A DNA stretch of 63,934 nt, counting the filler, from Octopus bimaculoides (lineage: Eukaryota): NCBI RefSeq assembly GCF_001194135.2. It is 4 parts of 4 records of this genome, joined end to end, with 100 filler letters (N's around TTAATTAATTAA, not from the genome) between each part and the next. Parts side by side here need not be neighbours in the genome. Positions count along the whole stretch, not along the records: positions 35,763 to 62,108 come from NC_068990.1; 3 more parts are not named here. The stretch is one strand, 5' to 3'. The notes beneath the pieces were generated by a model. It did no database searches. It had not been told where the DNA came from and saw only the letters and a list, made by a program, of their open reading frames with translations. Positions 50,470-62,208 of this stretch are shown in pieces. The translations under genes were made by a program, and so were the position numbers. Within the stretch, counting starts at the first letter, position 1. Each line of letters opens with the position of its first letter.

Positions 50470-50565
50470 TCATTTGACTGCAGCCATGCCGGAGCACCCA
50501 GGACTTATTCTTTATAAGTCGAACCCAGGACTTATTCCTTGTAAGCCTGATACTTAATCTATTGG
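50468..50565 (-). mobile_element. SINE family A, 3' fragment with short internal duplication
   Basis: TTTGACTGCAGCCATGCCGGAGCA; CCCAGGACTTATTC occurs twice. Confidence 0.75.
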
Positions 50566-50659
50566 AACTAGCTACACACAAGAGAGAAAACATGTCAAAA
50601 AGATGGGTCAGTTCCTCTCCAATATTTTGTAAATTTTTAAATATATGTATGTTAATACT

Positions 50660-50952
50660 TAAACTGTTTTTAACATTTTCTTATTATTATCAGAGAATGT
50701 ATATTTGTATTTTAATATTTTTGTGACAACCAGTCCTTAACACTACAAAGTTTATACAAAGCTTTATATTTTAAACATATTCTTATTATTATTATCAAAG
50801 AATGTATATATGTATTTTAATATTTAAACTATTTTTTAAACATTTTCTATTATTATCAAACAATATATATATGTGTTTTTATATATGTATTTTAATACTT
50901 TTGTGACGACCCGTACTTAACACTACAAAGCTTATATAAAGCTTTATATTTT
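50660..50952. repeat. AT-rich local tandem repeat, period about 180 bp
   Basis: GTGAC.AC..GT.CTTAACACTACAAAG..TATA.AAAGCTTTATATTTT at 50723 and 50903. Confidence 0.75.
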
Positions 50953-51029
50953 ACTTTTGACAATCTTTTTCTAAAAAGTGAAACCGGTAAAGTGAATAAA
51001 CATCTTTAAAATTGCATTTTCAAACCTTC

Positions 51030-51067
<38 letters not shown>

Positions 51068-51159
51068 TTGAAATTTATAGAAAAACAAAAGACGAAGATA
51101 GGTGTATGAACGGCAAGCAAGTGTATCTGTTTAACGCTCGGGAAAATGAAAATGTATTT

Positions 51160-51184
51160 TACGTTTCGCACCTACGCTCTTCAG
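51160..51184 (-). ncRNA. Minimal hammerhead-ribozyme-like core
   Basis: Minus strand CTGAAGA-GCG-TAGG-TGC-GAAA-CGTA: intact core, 3-bp stem II, short helix III, GUA triplet; stem I poor. Confidence 0.55.
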
Positions 51185-51999
51185 CAGAAAGGAATAAGAG
51201 AAAATAAACAGAGAGAGAATGAAAAATATATATATCTATACATATTATTATTAATAAATTTCAGGGTAGTAAAAAATTATTTAGAAATTTTTGTACCACC
51301 AGTGGCCTAGCGTGTAGAAAAACTAGTCAATAGACTATATATTATTCATTACAGTGTACATTTAAACACATAAGAGATGGCCATAAGAAGTAGTTAAACA
51401 CCAAACCACTATTAGGGGTAATTTCGAAAGGCTTGAAACCATGGTCCAGGAAATAGATGTAAAATGTTTTTATTTTTCATTCCCTTTCGAAATTTCCCAT
51501 AATAGCGGTTTGGATTTTGACTGCTCCTTCTAGCGGGTTAGATGTCCTATTATCGCCATCTCTTATGTGTTTAAATGTACACTGTATTTATATTTATACA
51601 TAAATAGATATGGATATAGATATATACAGATAGGTGTGTGTGTGTGTGTGTATACACGCTATACTGTAAACATACAAATAATACATACAAATTTATATAT
51701 TGCACATACATTTATTTACATATATACGTGTCTGTTTGAAATGTTAAAAATCCTGAGATAATATAATTTAGCATACATAAATAATTCAGCAATGTTATTT
51801 AGTTGTTTCAATTAGGTTATGGATCAATTCTCACGGGTACAGTTTATGAAAATCGATAGATTTTAAATCTTTTAATGTTATAATTGTCTTATGTTTATAA
51901 AACGATTCTGAGTATTAATATAACAAGGATAATTTAGAAAACAGAATTTCATATTCTCGAAGGTGGAAATTTGGCAAGAATTTTTTGTGGTAGTTATAT

Positions 52000-52900
52000 A
52001 GTTTGGCAAAGAAAGGCGACGAAGTGATGCTAGCGCTGAACTTGGTTGTCAGCCAAATCCATCCTACACGCGTCAACTGCTGTTCGATTAACTCGGTAAA
52101 GTTAGTGTTATTCGGACAGTGATTAAGTGCCCAGACAACGATTTCACTGCTCTGTGCTTTTCTCAGATAGGCTCAGCTGACCGAGCCAGAAACGGCATTG
52201 TGCCCATGATCGGTAATTCTGCAAGGAGCGAGATTTTTAGAAGTTATCCATTGTTCTTGGGCTAAATATCATCAACAATAGATTGGTCATTTGATTTTTA
52301 TCAATGTCATTATATATCGGGTCCCGATTGCATCGGCAACTAGCTAGAGGATGTTTCCGATGTTTGCAACACCGTCACCGCGGTTAGCGTCAGTTCCCAC
52401 TGAACAGCCATATTGATGTGGCGATAAACATTATTTCTCGGTATAGTCACGACTTTCAACTCTTATAGAGATTTTCTAAATGTCAACATTCTCCCTGACA
52501 AAGCCATCGCCCTTGTGTTCTATTCATACTAACACTTCTTAGAACTCCATGATGGACGTTACACGATAGACAGATAACTAAATGTCTCTGATAATATTCC
52601 AGATGCCAGTTTTCTTATGCGTTAACCACTTCTACCCGACCGTTAAAGATATCTTCCTTTCCACTCTTTTTTTACTAAGAATGACAACTCTTCTCGTATC
52701 CTTTCACATTTTCAAGCGCTTCATAGGACCATCAGCTCAGCAATTTATAAAGTTGGCTGCTTTGGATTTGCACTTCCAGATAACGAATTAAAAGCTCACC
52801 ATTTGTCCTCTGGCCACAACGTACCTCTTTAGTGCCGGCCGCAATATTTCCGATGTTTGCAACACCGTCACCGGAACGTCATCTGCATAGAGCGGTGCGA
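52000..52900 (-). mobile_element. Decayed Tx1/L1-group LINE RT fragment
   Basis: ALYADDVPVTVL (YADD at 52878-52889), ADGPMK, RKISL, YRVT in expected order; many stops. Confidence 0.55.
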
Positions 52901-53519
52901 CCTTTCCTCATCTCACATTGTAGGAGAGAGATTATAATGGTGTTGATGGTGTTTATACAATTTTTAATCCATCTGTAAATTGTTTCATTTCAGTATTTGC
53001 AGTTCTGCTTGAATGAAGATGTGCAACAACTTCATGCTTGCATGAATTCGGCTGCATTCGTTCACACTGCATTCTTACCATATTTATTATTGTTTTTCGT
53101 TTTTTTCTGTTTTGACTTCTTTTTTTTTTTGCTATTGTCTCTATCACTCTTGTGTGTATGCATGTCGTATGTGCTGGGTGAGTGTGTGCGCGTGTGTTGT
53201 GTGCCTGTGTGTGTGTTGCTAAGCGTTCTCTTTTTGTTCCGTTCATTGTTTTACTTTAGAATTATGAAGTGGAAGACGGAGGCAATGATGGAGAGGGGTG
53301 GAGGTGCTGTTTTTGATGGTGGTAGTGGCGGCGACAGCAACGGTAGTGATTGTGGCGGTGGCGGCGGTAGAAATATTGATGATGGTTGTGCTGCGTCTGT
53401 GATAATGTAGTTCCTTGCTTGATGTACCTAAACCAGTCTATGTCAAAATAATAAAACAGCTGATCGAAGTGTTCGTTCGATCTTCAACGTAAACTTTCAG
53501 TGTTCTATATCTTTGAGAT

Positions 53520-53619
53520 AAGGAATTATGTACATGATTTACATTGGACGGATATGTGTCCTCATCTTGTTTGTTCTTACTACAACGTTTCGGCTGATTT
53601 ACTCTCCAGCCTTCATCAG
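53520..53619 (-). ncRNA. Hammerhead-like motif at the end of a short repeat
   Basis: Minus strand 53584-53619: CTGATGA-A-GGCTG-GAGAGTAAAT-CAGCC-GAAA-CGTT; perfect 5-bp stem II, palindromic AACGTT. Confidence 0.6.
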
Positions 53620-53755
53620 AAGGTGGTGGGGGGGCGCTGCTGCTGCTGCTGCCGCTGGTGACGGTGATGGTGGTGATTGTTATTACGGTGGTGATGGTGG
53701 AAGTATTAGAGGAGCCTTAATGGAGGTAGTGAGGTGCTGGTATGTATCTTTTATA

Positions 53756-53838
53756 TTTTACCTGTTCCAATCATTGGACTACAACCACCCTGGGGTGCTG
53801 CCTAGAAGGGTCTTAGTCGAACAGATTGACCCTAGTAC
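53756..53838 (-). mobile_element. SINE family A, decayed 3' tail
   Basis: CTGTTCCAATCATTGGACT..GTCGAACAGATTGACCCTAGTACT. Confidence 0.65.
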
Positions 53839-54127
53839 TAAAGGCAGGCATAAACAAAGTCAGTGGCTTTGACTAGTCTCAAGCCTCCGGCTATTTCTTG
53901 CTGACGAAACATGCAGAAACATCGGCGTCCCAGAATGCCACGCGCCAATGATATGCGTCTGTTAAGCATACTGTTGTCCGAAAGGGAGGAGTTATTCTCC
54001 TAAGACATACACTAGAACGCACAGCATATTTGACGTCTCAATTGAGTTTCTAACAAACAAAACAAATGCATAACAAATATTTTCAAGACTTCTAGAATGA
54101 AACACGTCTTACATCAGTGGAAGTAGC

Positions 54128-54164
<37 letters not shown>

Positions 54165-54376
54165 TTGGTTTCAAATTTTTCCACAAGGGCAGAAATTTTG
54201 GGCGAAAGGGTTAAGTCGATTACATCGACGCCAGTGTACAACTGGTACTCATTTTACCGACTCCAGAAAGGATGAAAGGCAAAGTCGACCTCGGTGGAAT
54301 TTGAACTCAGAACGCAGACGGATATGTTGCTAAGCATTTTGCGCGACGTACTAACGATTCTGCCAGCTCAATGCCT
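54165..54376 (-). mobile_element. SINE family B, full length
   Basis: Head/core/tail as 17538 copy; (TAA)n on both flanks. Confidence 0.9.
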
Positions 54377-54397
54377 TACTACTACTACTGCTGCTGC

Positions 54398-54519
<122 letters not shown>

Positions 54520-55091
54520 TCAACGACAGCAACAAATAGCATTTCACACAGCATTTACTCTCTTTCGATCCTTTGACTTTGGTGTTTCCATTAATTAATC
54601 ATATCGTCTGCAGGCAATGTTGAAGATGACATATGGTGAATCTTCAAAGTTTTCACAATCACCATCATCATCAGCACCACTACCGTTGCCGCCAACGCCA
54701 ACGCCACAGCCACCAAACCGCAGCGTCCATATTACCTTTTCACTGTTGTATTCTATAATATAAATGTCAACATAGCAGGAACTTCACAGACTTCACAGAA
54801 CCAATTCTATGTCATACAATAGATTATGTCATTATTGCAATGCAGGATTCGAAGAAGGCGAATCAGAAAGAAATATGGGATTTTGATTGGCCTTTATCGA
54901 CCAATCAGTTTTCTATTTTCTTTGAATGTGTGAGAGCGGAGTGGGGTGTGCATGTGTGTCTTCTGTTTAAGCGCGTATTTGCGCCCGTTTTTTTTTAGGC
55001 GTTGTGTGTGTTAGTGCGTGTAAGTATATGTGTGTATATGTATGTCTGTGTGTAATATATATGCTAGTGTTTGTATGCAGGTAAGCGTGCG

Positions 55092-55145
<54 letters not shown>

Positions 55146-55155
55146 NNNNNNNNNN

Positions 55156-55194
<39 letters not shown>

Positions 55195-56199
55195 TGTGTG
55201 TGTATGTGTGCATCTGTGTGTAAGTGTGTGTGTTAATACGTTTATGTGTGTAAATTGATATTTCCGTGTGTGTATGCATGTGTGCGTGTGTATGTGTATG
55301 TGAGTGTATGTGTCTGTGAGTGTTAGTGAGTGTATGCACGTAAGCGTATATTTTTCTGTGCGTGCGTGCACGCGCGCGTGAATGTGTGTGTGAGTGTCTG
55401 TTTCTCTGAATGTGTGTGCGTATGTGGCTATGATTTCAACGGATGTGCATGTTTTTGACATGCATGTGTATGTGTTGTGTGTGTGTGTGTGCGAGCGCAC
55501 TTCTGTGTTGGTTTATAAGTGTGTGCGTATGTGTTGTGTGTGTGTGCGCGAGCGCACGCGTNNNNNNNNNNNNNNNNNNNNNNNNNNNNNNNNNNNNNNN
55601 NNNNNNNNNNNNNNNNNNNNNNNNNNNNNNNNNNNNNNNNNNNNNNNNNNNNNNNNNNNNNNNNNNNNNNNNNNNNNNNNNNNNNNNNNNNNNNNNNNNN
55701 NNNNNNNNNNNNNNNNNNNNNNNNNNNNNNNNNNNNNNNNNNNNNNNNNNNNNNNNNNNNNNNNNNNTGGTGGTGGTGGTGGTGGTGGTGTTGGTGGTGG
55801 TGGTGGTGGTGGGAGGTGTAGATATTGTTCTTAGAGGTAGTGATGCTGATGTTATCGTTCGGGTGGTGGTGACGGCGGATGTAGTTGGTGGCGATGTTGA
55901 TGCTTGGATGAAATGTTGATACGATGGAATGGTGCACTCCAGTAAGGAGTCGTGGTGTGTGGTAGGGGGAGGGGTGTATTTTGATATCGATGTTTGTAAC
56001 TGTGCTGATTGATGTAGCGGTGATGGCAGCTGTGTTGCTCAAGGTTATGATGATGACGATGAGGAGAAGGAGGTGGAAGAGCAAGAGGAGCAAGAGGAGG
56101 AGCAGGAGGCGGAATTGTGTTGATGGTTTCTCTGATAATGGTTATGATAAGAGCATTGATAATGTTAACAATGGCAATAAAGCCCGTAGTCTATAGATT

Positions 56200-56223
56200 G
56201 ATGATGATGATGACGACGACGAC

Positions 56224-56263
<40 letters not shown>

Positions 56264-56482
56264 GTGATGATGACGATGATGATGATGATGATGATGATGA
56301 CGATGATGATGATGATGATGACGATGATGATGATGACGATGGTGATGATGACGATGATGATGATGATGATGATGGTGATGATGACGATGATGATGATGAT
56401 GATGATGATGATGACGATGATGATGATGATGATGACGATGATGATGATGACGATGATGATGATGACGACGACGATGATGATG
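56200..56482. repeat. Interrupted (GAT)n microsatellite
   Basis: GAT units with GAC/GGT variants; source of poly-M/S/I ORFs. Confidence 0.95.
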
Positions 56483-56544
56483 CGTCTTGAGAGTCTACAA
56501 CGGTTATGGGCATTGCCACTTACTCCAGGCGCAATAGTTAGCGC

Positions 56545-56576
<32 letters not shown>

Positions 56577-57194
56577 CATGCATTCGTATACGCGTGTTCG
56601 GTTATACATGCGTTTGTACTGAATAGTGATGGGTGCCCATGTGTGTTTGAGCTTTGGTATCTACGCTTACATGTATTCGATTATATGCACGCATATAGGT
56701 ATACGTATGAGGATGGGACCTAACAACGCTATGCCGAACCACTATACATCAAGCTGGCAATCAACAATTCACAACTCCCGTCCAACCTGCCCCTTTAAAA
56801 ATAACAATTAATCAAATATGTCTAACGATTTTTTTTTTCTTATTTAAATCTTTAAATCTTTAAATTGTTTCAGCTTTAAAGCTGTGGTCATGCGGCAGCA
56901 GCAACGTTTAATTTTGTAATTTTAATTTATTAATTCTTAACTTTTCGACCAAAATTCTTCATACTTCAGTTAGAATTATCCACTTCCTTTGGTTTTATGC
57001 TTCCTTGTTCCACTCAATCAACGCCGAGTGTACTTTCTTATTCTTCACCGTATTTCGTTGCTTTTCATCGATTATTTTACCTGGTTTTTATCTTACCTTG
57101 ATCATTTTCGTCTTCTTTTCCTTGCTCTTCTTACCAACCTGAGTATTTTAAGAACTATATCCAGAACCGTAGTATGCAATGCTACACTACGATA

Positions 57195-57345
57195 ACGGTG
57201 CGGCCTAGTGGTTAGGGTGCTGCACTCATGATCTTGAAGTCACAGTTTCCATTCCTATACAGTGCAGTGCGTTGTGTTCTTGAGCAAATCTCTTCATTTC
57301 ACGTTGCCCTGCGATCAGATCGATATCTGACGTGCGATGCTCCGG
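57195..57345 (+). mobile_element. SINE family C-like head
   Basis: GGCCTAGTGGTTAGGG A-box, CATGATC, GTTCTTGAGCAAA, TTCACGTTGC as in the 16905 copy. Confidence 0.75.
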
Positions 57346-57359
57346 AACAGGAACTGTCA

Positions 57360-57566
57360 ATATGCTTTTCTGCTCTAGGTACAAGGCCCGAGATTTTCGG
57401 GGAAGGGGCCAGTCGATTAGATCGACCCCAGTACGCAAATGGTTCTTAATTTATCAACCTCGAAAGGATGAAAGGCAAAGTCGACCACGCCGGAATTTGA
57501 ACTCAGAACGTAAAAACAGACGAAATACCGCTCAGCATCTCGCCCGGCGTGCTAACGCTTCTTATT
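57360..57566 (-). mobile_element. SINE family B lacking first bases
   Basis: Starts at GCGTTAGCACGCCGGGCG on minus strand, directly after the tail of the next SINE. Confidence 0.88.
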
Positions 57567-57660
57567 TCTTTATTGCCCACAAGGGGCTAAACATAGAGGG
57601 GACAGACAAGAACAGACAAAGGGATTAAGTCGATTATATCGACCTCGGTGCGTAACTGGT
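57567..57660 (-). mobile_element. SINE family B long-tail variant, 3' part (duplicated at 57841-57922)
   Basis: Tail ..CCCCTTGTGGGCAATAAAGAAATAAG on minus strand. Confidence 0.85.
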
Positions 57661-57966
57661 ACACGCGTTTCTCTATCAAATCTGGTTTCTGTATATCGTG
57701 TATCCAGTGCCGGACTGGCCAGGTTACCAGCTTGCCCCTGCGCCATTAGAATCCAAAAATGGGGGCCCATGTTAGTATCTAAGGGGCTCATCCCCACTAG
57801 TTTGAAAAATTTTATTCACTCCTTTAAGAANNNNNNNNNNTTTACTACCCACAAGGGGATACACACAGAGAGGACAGACAAAGGGATTAAGTCGATTATA
57901 TCGACCTCGGTGCGTAACTGGTACACGCGTTTCTCTATCAAATCTGGTTTCTGTATATCGTGTATC

Positions 57967-58261
57967 CAGTGCCGGACTGGCCAGGTTACCAGCTTGCCCC
58001 TGCGCCATTAGAATCCAAAAATGGGGGCCCATGTTAGTATCTAAGGGGCTCATCCCCACTAGTTTGAAAAATTTTATTCACTCCTTTAAGAATGCATTAT
58101 TTATTTCAGCCTGGCTGTGTTTGTAGACAGTTGAAAAAAATACTTTTAACAAAAAAAAAATTAAATGATAGCATTGTAGTTGCGGGTGGGCCCCCTTGTA
58201 GTTGCGGGTGAGCCCCCTCAGTCTCCTGGCAACCAATAGTTTTAGACGCAGTCCGCCACTG
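57967..58261. mobile_element. hAT-like MITE
   Basis: TIRs CAGTGCCGGACTG / CAGTCCGCCACTG, internal GGGCCC motifs, imperfect TGTAT(A)C direct repeat at flanks; left part also present at 57705-57830. Confidence 0.7.
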
Positions 58262-58719
58262 TGTATACCGGTGTATAAAACCCACTTATTTTCTATTCTC
58301 AAATGTTACAAAAACTTGTAATGCGTTTAATACGACCGAGCGTATGGGTGTATGATGAAATATCAAATTTTGACTTTTTCCACAAGAAAAAGTAAAGATG
58401 TGTCTTATGCGACTGTGCATTTTATACACAGGCAAATATATTAACTCATTATTTTCAGTTTATTGTTAATTGCTAATCTGTCATAAATCATTTTTTAGAA
58501 ACACACACACACACACCAATACATACACACACATACACAATTGACACATACGCACACATACACAAATGACATACATACACGCACACACTCGTGGATGTTA
58601 AACATAAATTTTAATAAAATCTTTCCATGATAAAACGGAATCGTTTTACAAGATGGGAAGAAAACTATTTCTTGCCTTCAATCATTATTTATATTTTCAG
58701 TCATTCCTTTCCTTGTTTT

Positions 58720-59108
58720 AGCAATTCCGTTCATCATCATTCATCACCATCATTGCTACCATCTTCATCAACATCATCATTCATCACCACCACCAGCACC
58801 ACCACCACCAACATCATCATCATCATCACCATCACTGCCAACATCGTCCTTCGCACCACCATTCACACCGCCGCCATCGACTTCTTCGTCATCGTCATTA
58901 TTATCACCACCGTCGCCGTCTTCATCATTCATCATTCATCATTCATCATTCATCATCATAATCGTTATCACTATCACAACCATCATCAACAGCATCACTC
59001 ATCATCATCATCATCACCATCACAGCGTTAATATGAAACTTGTTATTCGTTTGAATGTAGATCTCATTGATTTTATTTCATCCGTTATTTATTATTATTA
59101 TTATTATT

Positions 59109-59148
<40 letters not shown>

Positions 59149-59290
59149 TTATTATTATTATCAATGCTGTTTTTGTAATTATTCTTACAGTTATTTCTTC
59201 ATTTGTCTTGTTCTTCTTCTTCTTCTTCTTCTTCTTCTTCTTCTTCTTCTTCTTCTTCTTGTTTTTGTTGTTGTTGTTGTTGTTGTTGCT
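58720..59290. repeat. Cryptic (CAT/CAC)n then (TAT)(TGT)(TCT) compound microsatellites
   Basis: Direct reading. Confidence 0.9.
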
Positions 59291-60567
59291 ATTGTTACTG
59301 TTGTCGGTGTCGTTATCAATAATTCCCCTTTCCTTTCTGCCATTTACTATTCTAGTCATTCCTCTGTTTCATTTTCTTTCTTTTCCCTTTTCCCTTCTCG
59401 TCCGATATCTCCACTCATCCAACACCACCAACAATACCAATTTACTATTCAGTTCACTTCTCTAAATTATTTATTTCTTTTTCCTATTTTTTGTTCTTTT
59501 CTTTTTTTATTCTCCTTTTCTTTTTCCATTTATTTGTAAGCTTCTGCTGTCATGTCGGCAGTTTTCGTTTTTATCTCAGACAATCTCCCCAACTTTTAGT
59601 TCTGTTGTATTTTATTTCCTTTCTAATATTTTTCCCCCAGATATCAGTTATACAATTGGCAATAAAACAGCGTGACACGTATTTAAAATTCCGACAAAGT
59701 TACGTTGGAAGGCTCTGACGAAAATTTCCGCAATGAAGCCTCGCATACTAATGCGCTGCTTGTGCGAGAAAGAAGATCTATTTAAAGTCAGACACAATGC
59801 TTTTGTCAAGAGATAGATGAACTTAGCAGCCCAGCACTGAAATGAATTGAGAACTGAGTTAATTATATGTGGAGGGTAGGGTAGAAAAAAGTGGCGGGGA
59901 CATATCCAGTTGCTGATTTGCTAATCACTTATGTGGAAAATTGAATAATAATGATTTCTTAGATAGAAGCAGTGTTTCAGATTTACTAGGAAATGCAATT
60001 TCAGAATGTTCGAGTGTCATGTATTTCTGAAGAGGGGTATTAGAGAGAACTTTAATGAACGCCCTGGTGCAGAATTGAATTTGTTTNNNNNNNNNNNNNN
60101 NNNNNNNNNNNNNNNNNNNNNNNNNNNNNNNNNNNNNNNNNNNNNNNNNNNNNNNNNNNNNNNNNNNNNNNNNNNNNNNNNNNNNNNNNNNNNNNNNNNN
60201 NNNNNNNNNNNNNNNNNNNNNNNNNNNNNNNNNNNNNNNNNNNNNNNNNNNNNNNNNNNNNNNNNNNNNNNNNNNNNNNNNNNNNNNNNNNNNNNNNNNN
60301 NNNNNNNNNNNNNNNNNNNNNNNNNNNNNNNNNNNNNNNNNNNNNNNNNNNNNNNNNNNNNNNNNNNNNNNNNNNNNNNNNNNNNNNNNNNNNNNNNNNN
60401 NNNNNNNNNNNNNNNNNNNNNNNNNNNNNNNNNNNNNNNNNNNNNNNNNNNNNNNNNNNNNNNNNNNNNNNNNNNNNNNNNNNNNNNNNNNNNNNNNNNN
60501 NNNNNNNNNNNNNNNNNNNNNNNNNNNNNNNNNNNNNNNNNNNNNNNNNNNNNNNNNNNNNNNNNNN

Positions 60568-60615
<48 letters not shown>

Positions 60616-60636
60616 GTCTGGCTTCTTTCAGTTTCC

Positions 60637-60850
60637 TATTTCTTTATTGCCCACAAGGGGCTAAACATATGGGGGACAAACAAGGACAGACAACGGGATT
60701 AAGTCGATTATATCGACCTCAGTACGCAGCTGGTACTTAATTTATCGACCCCGAAGGATGAAAAGCAAAGTCGACCTCGGCGGAATTTGAACTTAGAACA
60801 TAAAGCCTCCAAGCATCTTGCTCTGCGTACTAACGATTCTGCTAGCTCGC
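60637..60850 (-). mobile_element. SINE family B long-tail variant
   Basis: Head at about 60850, tail ..GGGCAATAAAGAAATA joined to family A sequence GGAAACTGAAAGAAGCC. Confidence 0.88.
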
Positions 60851-60879
60851 TCCCCCCCCCTTAGTAATTATAATAATAA

Positions 60880-61040
60880 TCCTTTCTACCGTAGGCACAA
60901 TGCCTGAAGTTTTTTTTTGAATGATGCGTATTTCATCAAGGACGAAAAGATGAAAGACAAAGTCGACCTTAGCGAAATTCGAACTCGGAAACTTAAACCC
61001 GGCAAAAATGCTGCTAAGCATATTATCCAGCTCGGCGCCT
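60880..61040 (-). mobile_element. SINE family B, decayed with deletion
   Basis: CCTTTCTAC..GGCACAA tail, AAAGTCGACCTT..GAACTC core, CCAGCTCGGCGCCTT head; TAA repeats at both sides. Confidence 0.75.
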
Positions 61041-61814
61041 TAAAATAATAATGATAATAATAACTGTTTTATGAACCGTTAAATAAGACAAGAAATGACA
61101 GTTTGCTGTTGAAGTGTGCTGAATGTTGATTATTATATGTGTATCTAGCATTCAGTTGGCGTTCTATTTATAATATAAAAGAAATATGTTGTCTTTCTTA
61201 TGAACATACATTGTAAGTATAGAGCTTATATCATGTCTACATACTTGAAACTCTCGATAAATTACGAATTGATCAAGTATATCGGAAACCGGTATATCAA
61301 TTTGCCCTTATCTATGGTAAAGTTGATTAGGTCTTTGAACTCATAAAATGTAAGGGAGAAAGAAAGTGTATGCAGATGCGATTATTAAATAACACAAAAG
61401 GAATGAGAATAAAGAGATGCTTAAACGTAGAAATGGGATGATAATTGCTGTATAAGTGGAATCTGTGAACTGAAGAGAAGAGGGAGCGAAAACTGCATCT
61501 ACTTAAAACTGTAGTTAATACTGGAACGTATAAATAACGTACGTTCAACGATCTCAAGTTGCTACGACTGAAGACAGAAGACGGGAAAAGAGATAAGCTA
61601 AATGCCGTTTAAGTCACGAAGATCTCAGTTAGCTTGGAGCTTGAGAAAATACTAGTTAACTCTAGTGTAGGGTTCTGAATTCATTGAATCGTTTTCTTTG
61701 ATTAAAACTGGAGCAGTAATGAGTAGAATAAACTGACATAGTTAAGAGTGTGTAAATTCAACAGGACAAGCGATAACTGTTGTTTGTTAGTGAAAATAAC
61801 TTCGTCAAATTATA

Positions 61815-62108
61815 GGCGCAGGAGCGGCTGTGTGGTAAGTAGCTTGCTTACCAACCACATGGTTCCGGGTTCAGTCCCACTGCGTGGCACCTTCGGCAAG
61901 TGTCTTCTACTATAGCCTCGGGCCGACCAAAGCCTTGTGAGTGGATTTGGTAGACGGAAACTGAAAAGAAGCTCGTCGTATATATGTATATGTGTGTGTG
62001 TGTGTGTGTTTGTGTGTTTGTGTTTGTCCCCCCACCATCGCTTTACAACCGATGGTGGTGTGTTTACGTTCCCTTAACTTAGCGGTTCAGCAAAAAGAGA
62101 CCGATAGA
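61815..62108 (+). mobile_element. SINE family A, young-looking copy cut by gap
   Basis: GGCGCAGGAGCGGCTGTGTGGTAAG..GGGTTCAGTCCC..internal (GT)n..GAGACCGATAGA. Confidence 0.92.
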
Positions 62109-62208
62109 NNNNNNNNNNNNNNNNNNNNNNNNNNNNNNNNNNNNNNNNNNNNTTAATTAATTAANNNNNNNNNNNNNNNNNNNNNNNNNNNNNNNNNNNN
62201 NNNNNNNN
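62109..62208. other. Artificial 100-bp scaffold join
   Basis: N44-TTAATTAATTAA(62153-62164)-N44. Confidence 0.95.

Noticed and set aside
61470-61590. CTGAAGA..GAAA matches at about 61471 and 61569
   Set aside because: Intervening purine-rich sequence cannot form stem II; chance matches.
61815-61890. tRNA genes at SINE heads (also 32880-32958, 16905-16975, 19150-19226)
   Set aside because: A/B boxes are present but no complete cloverleaf, and each continues into a SINE body.
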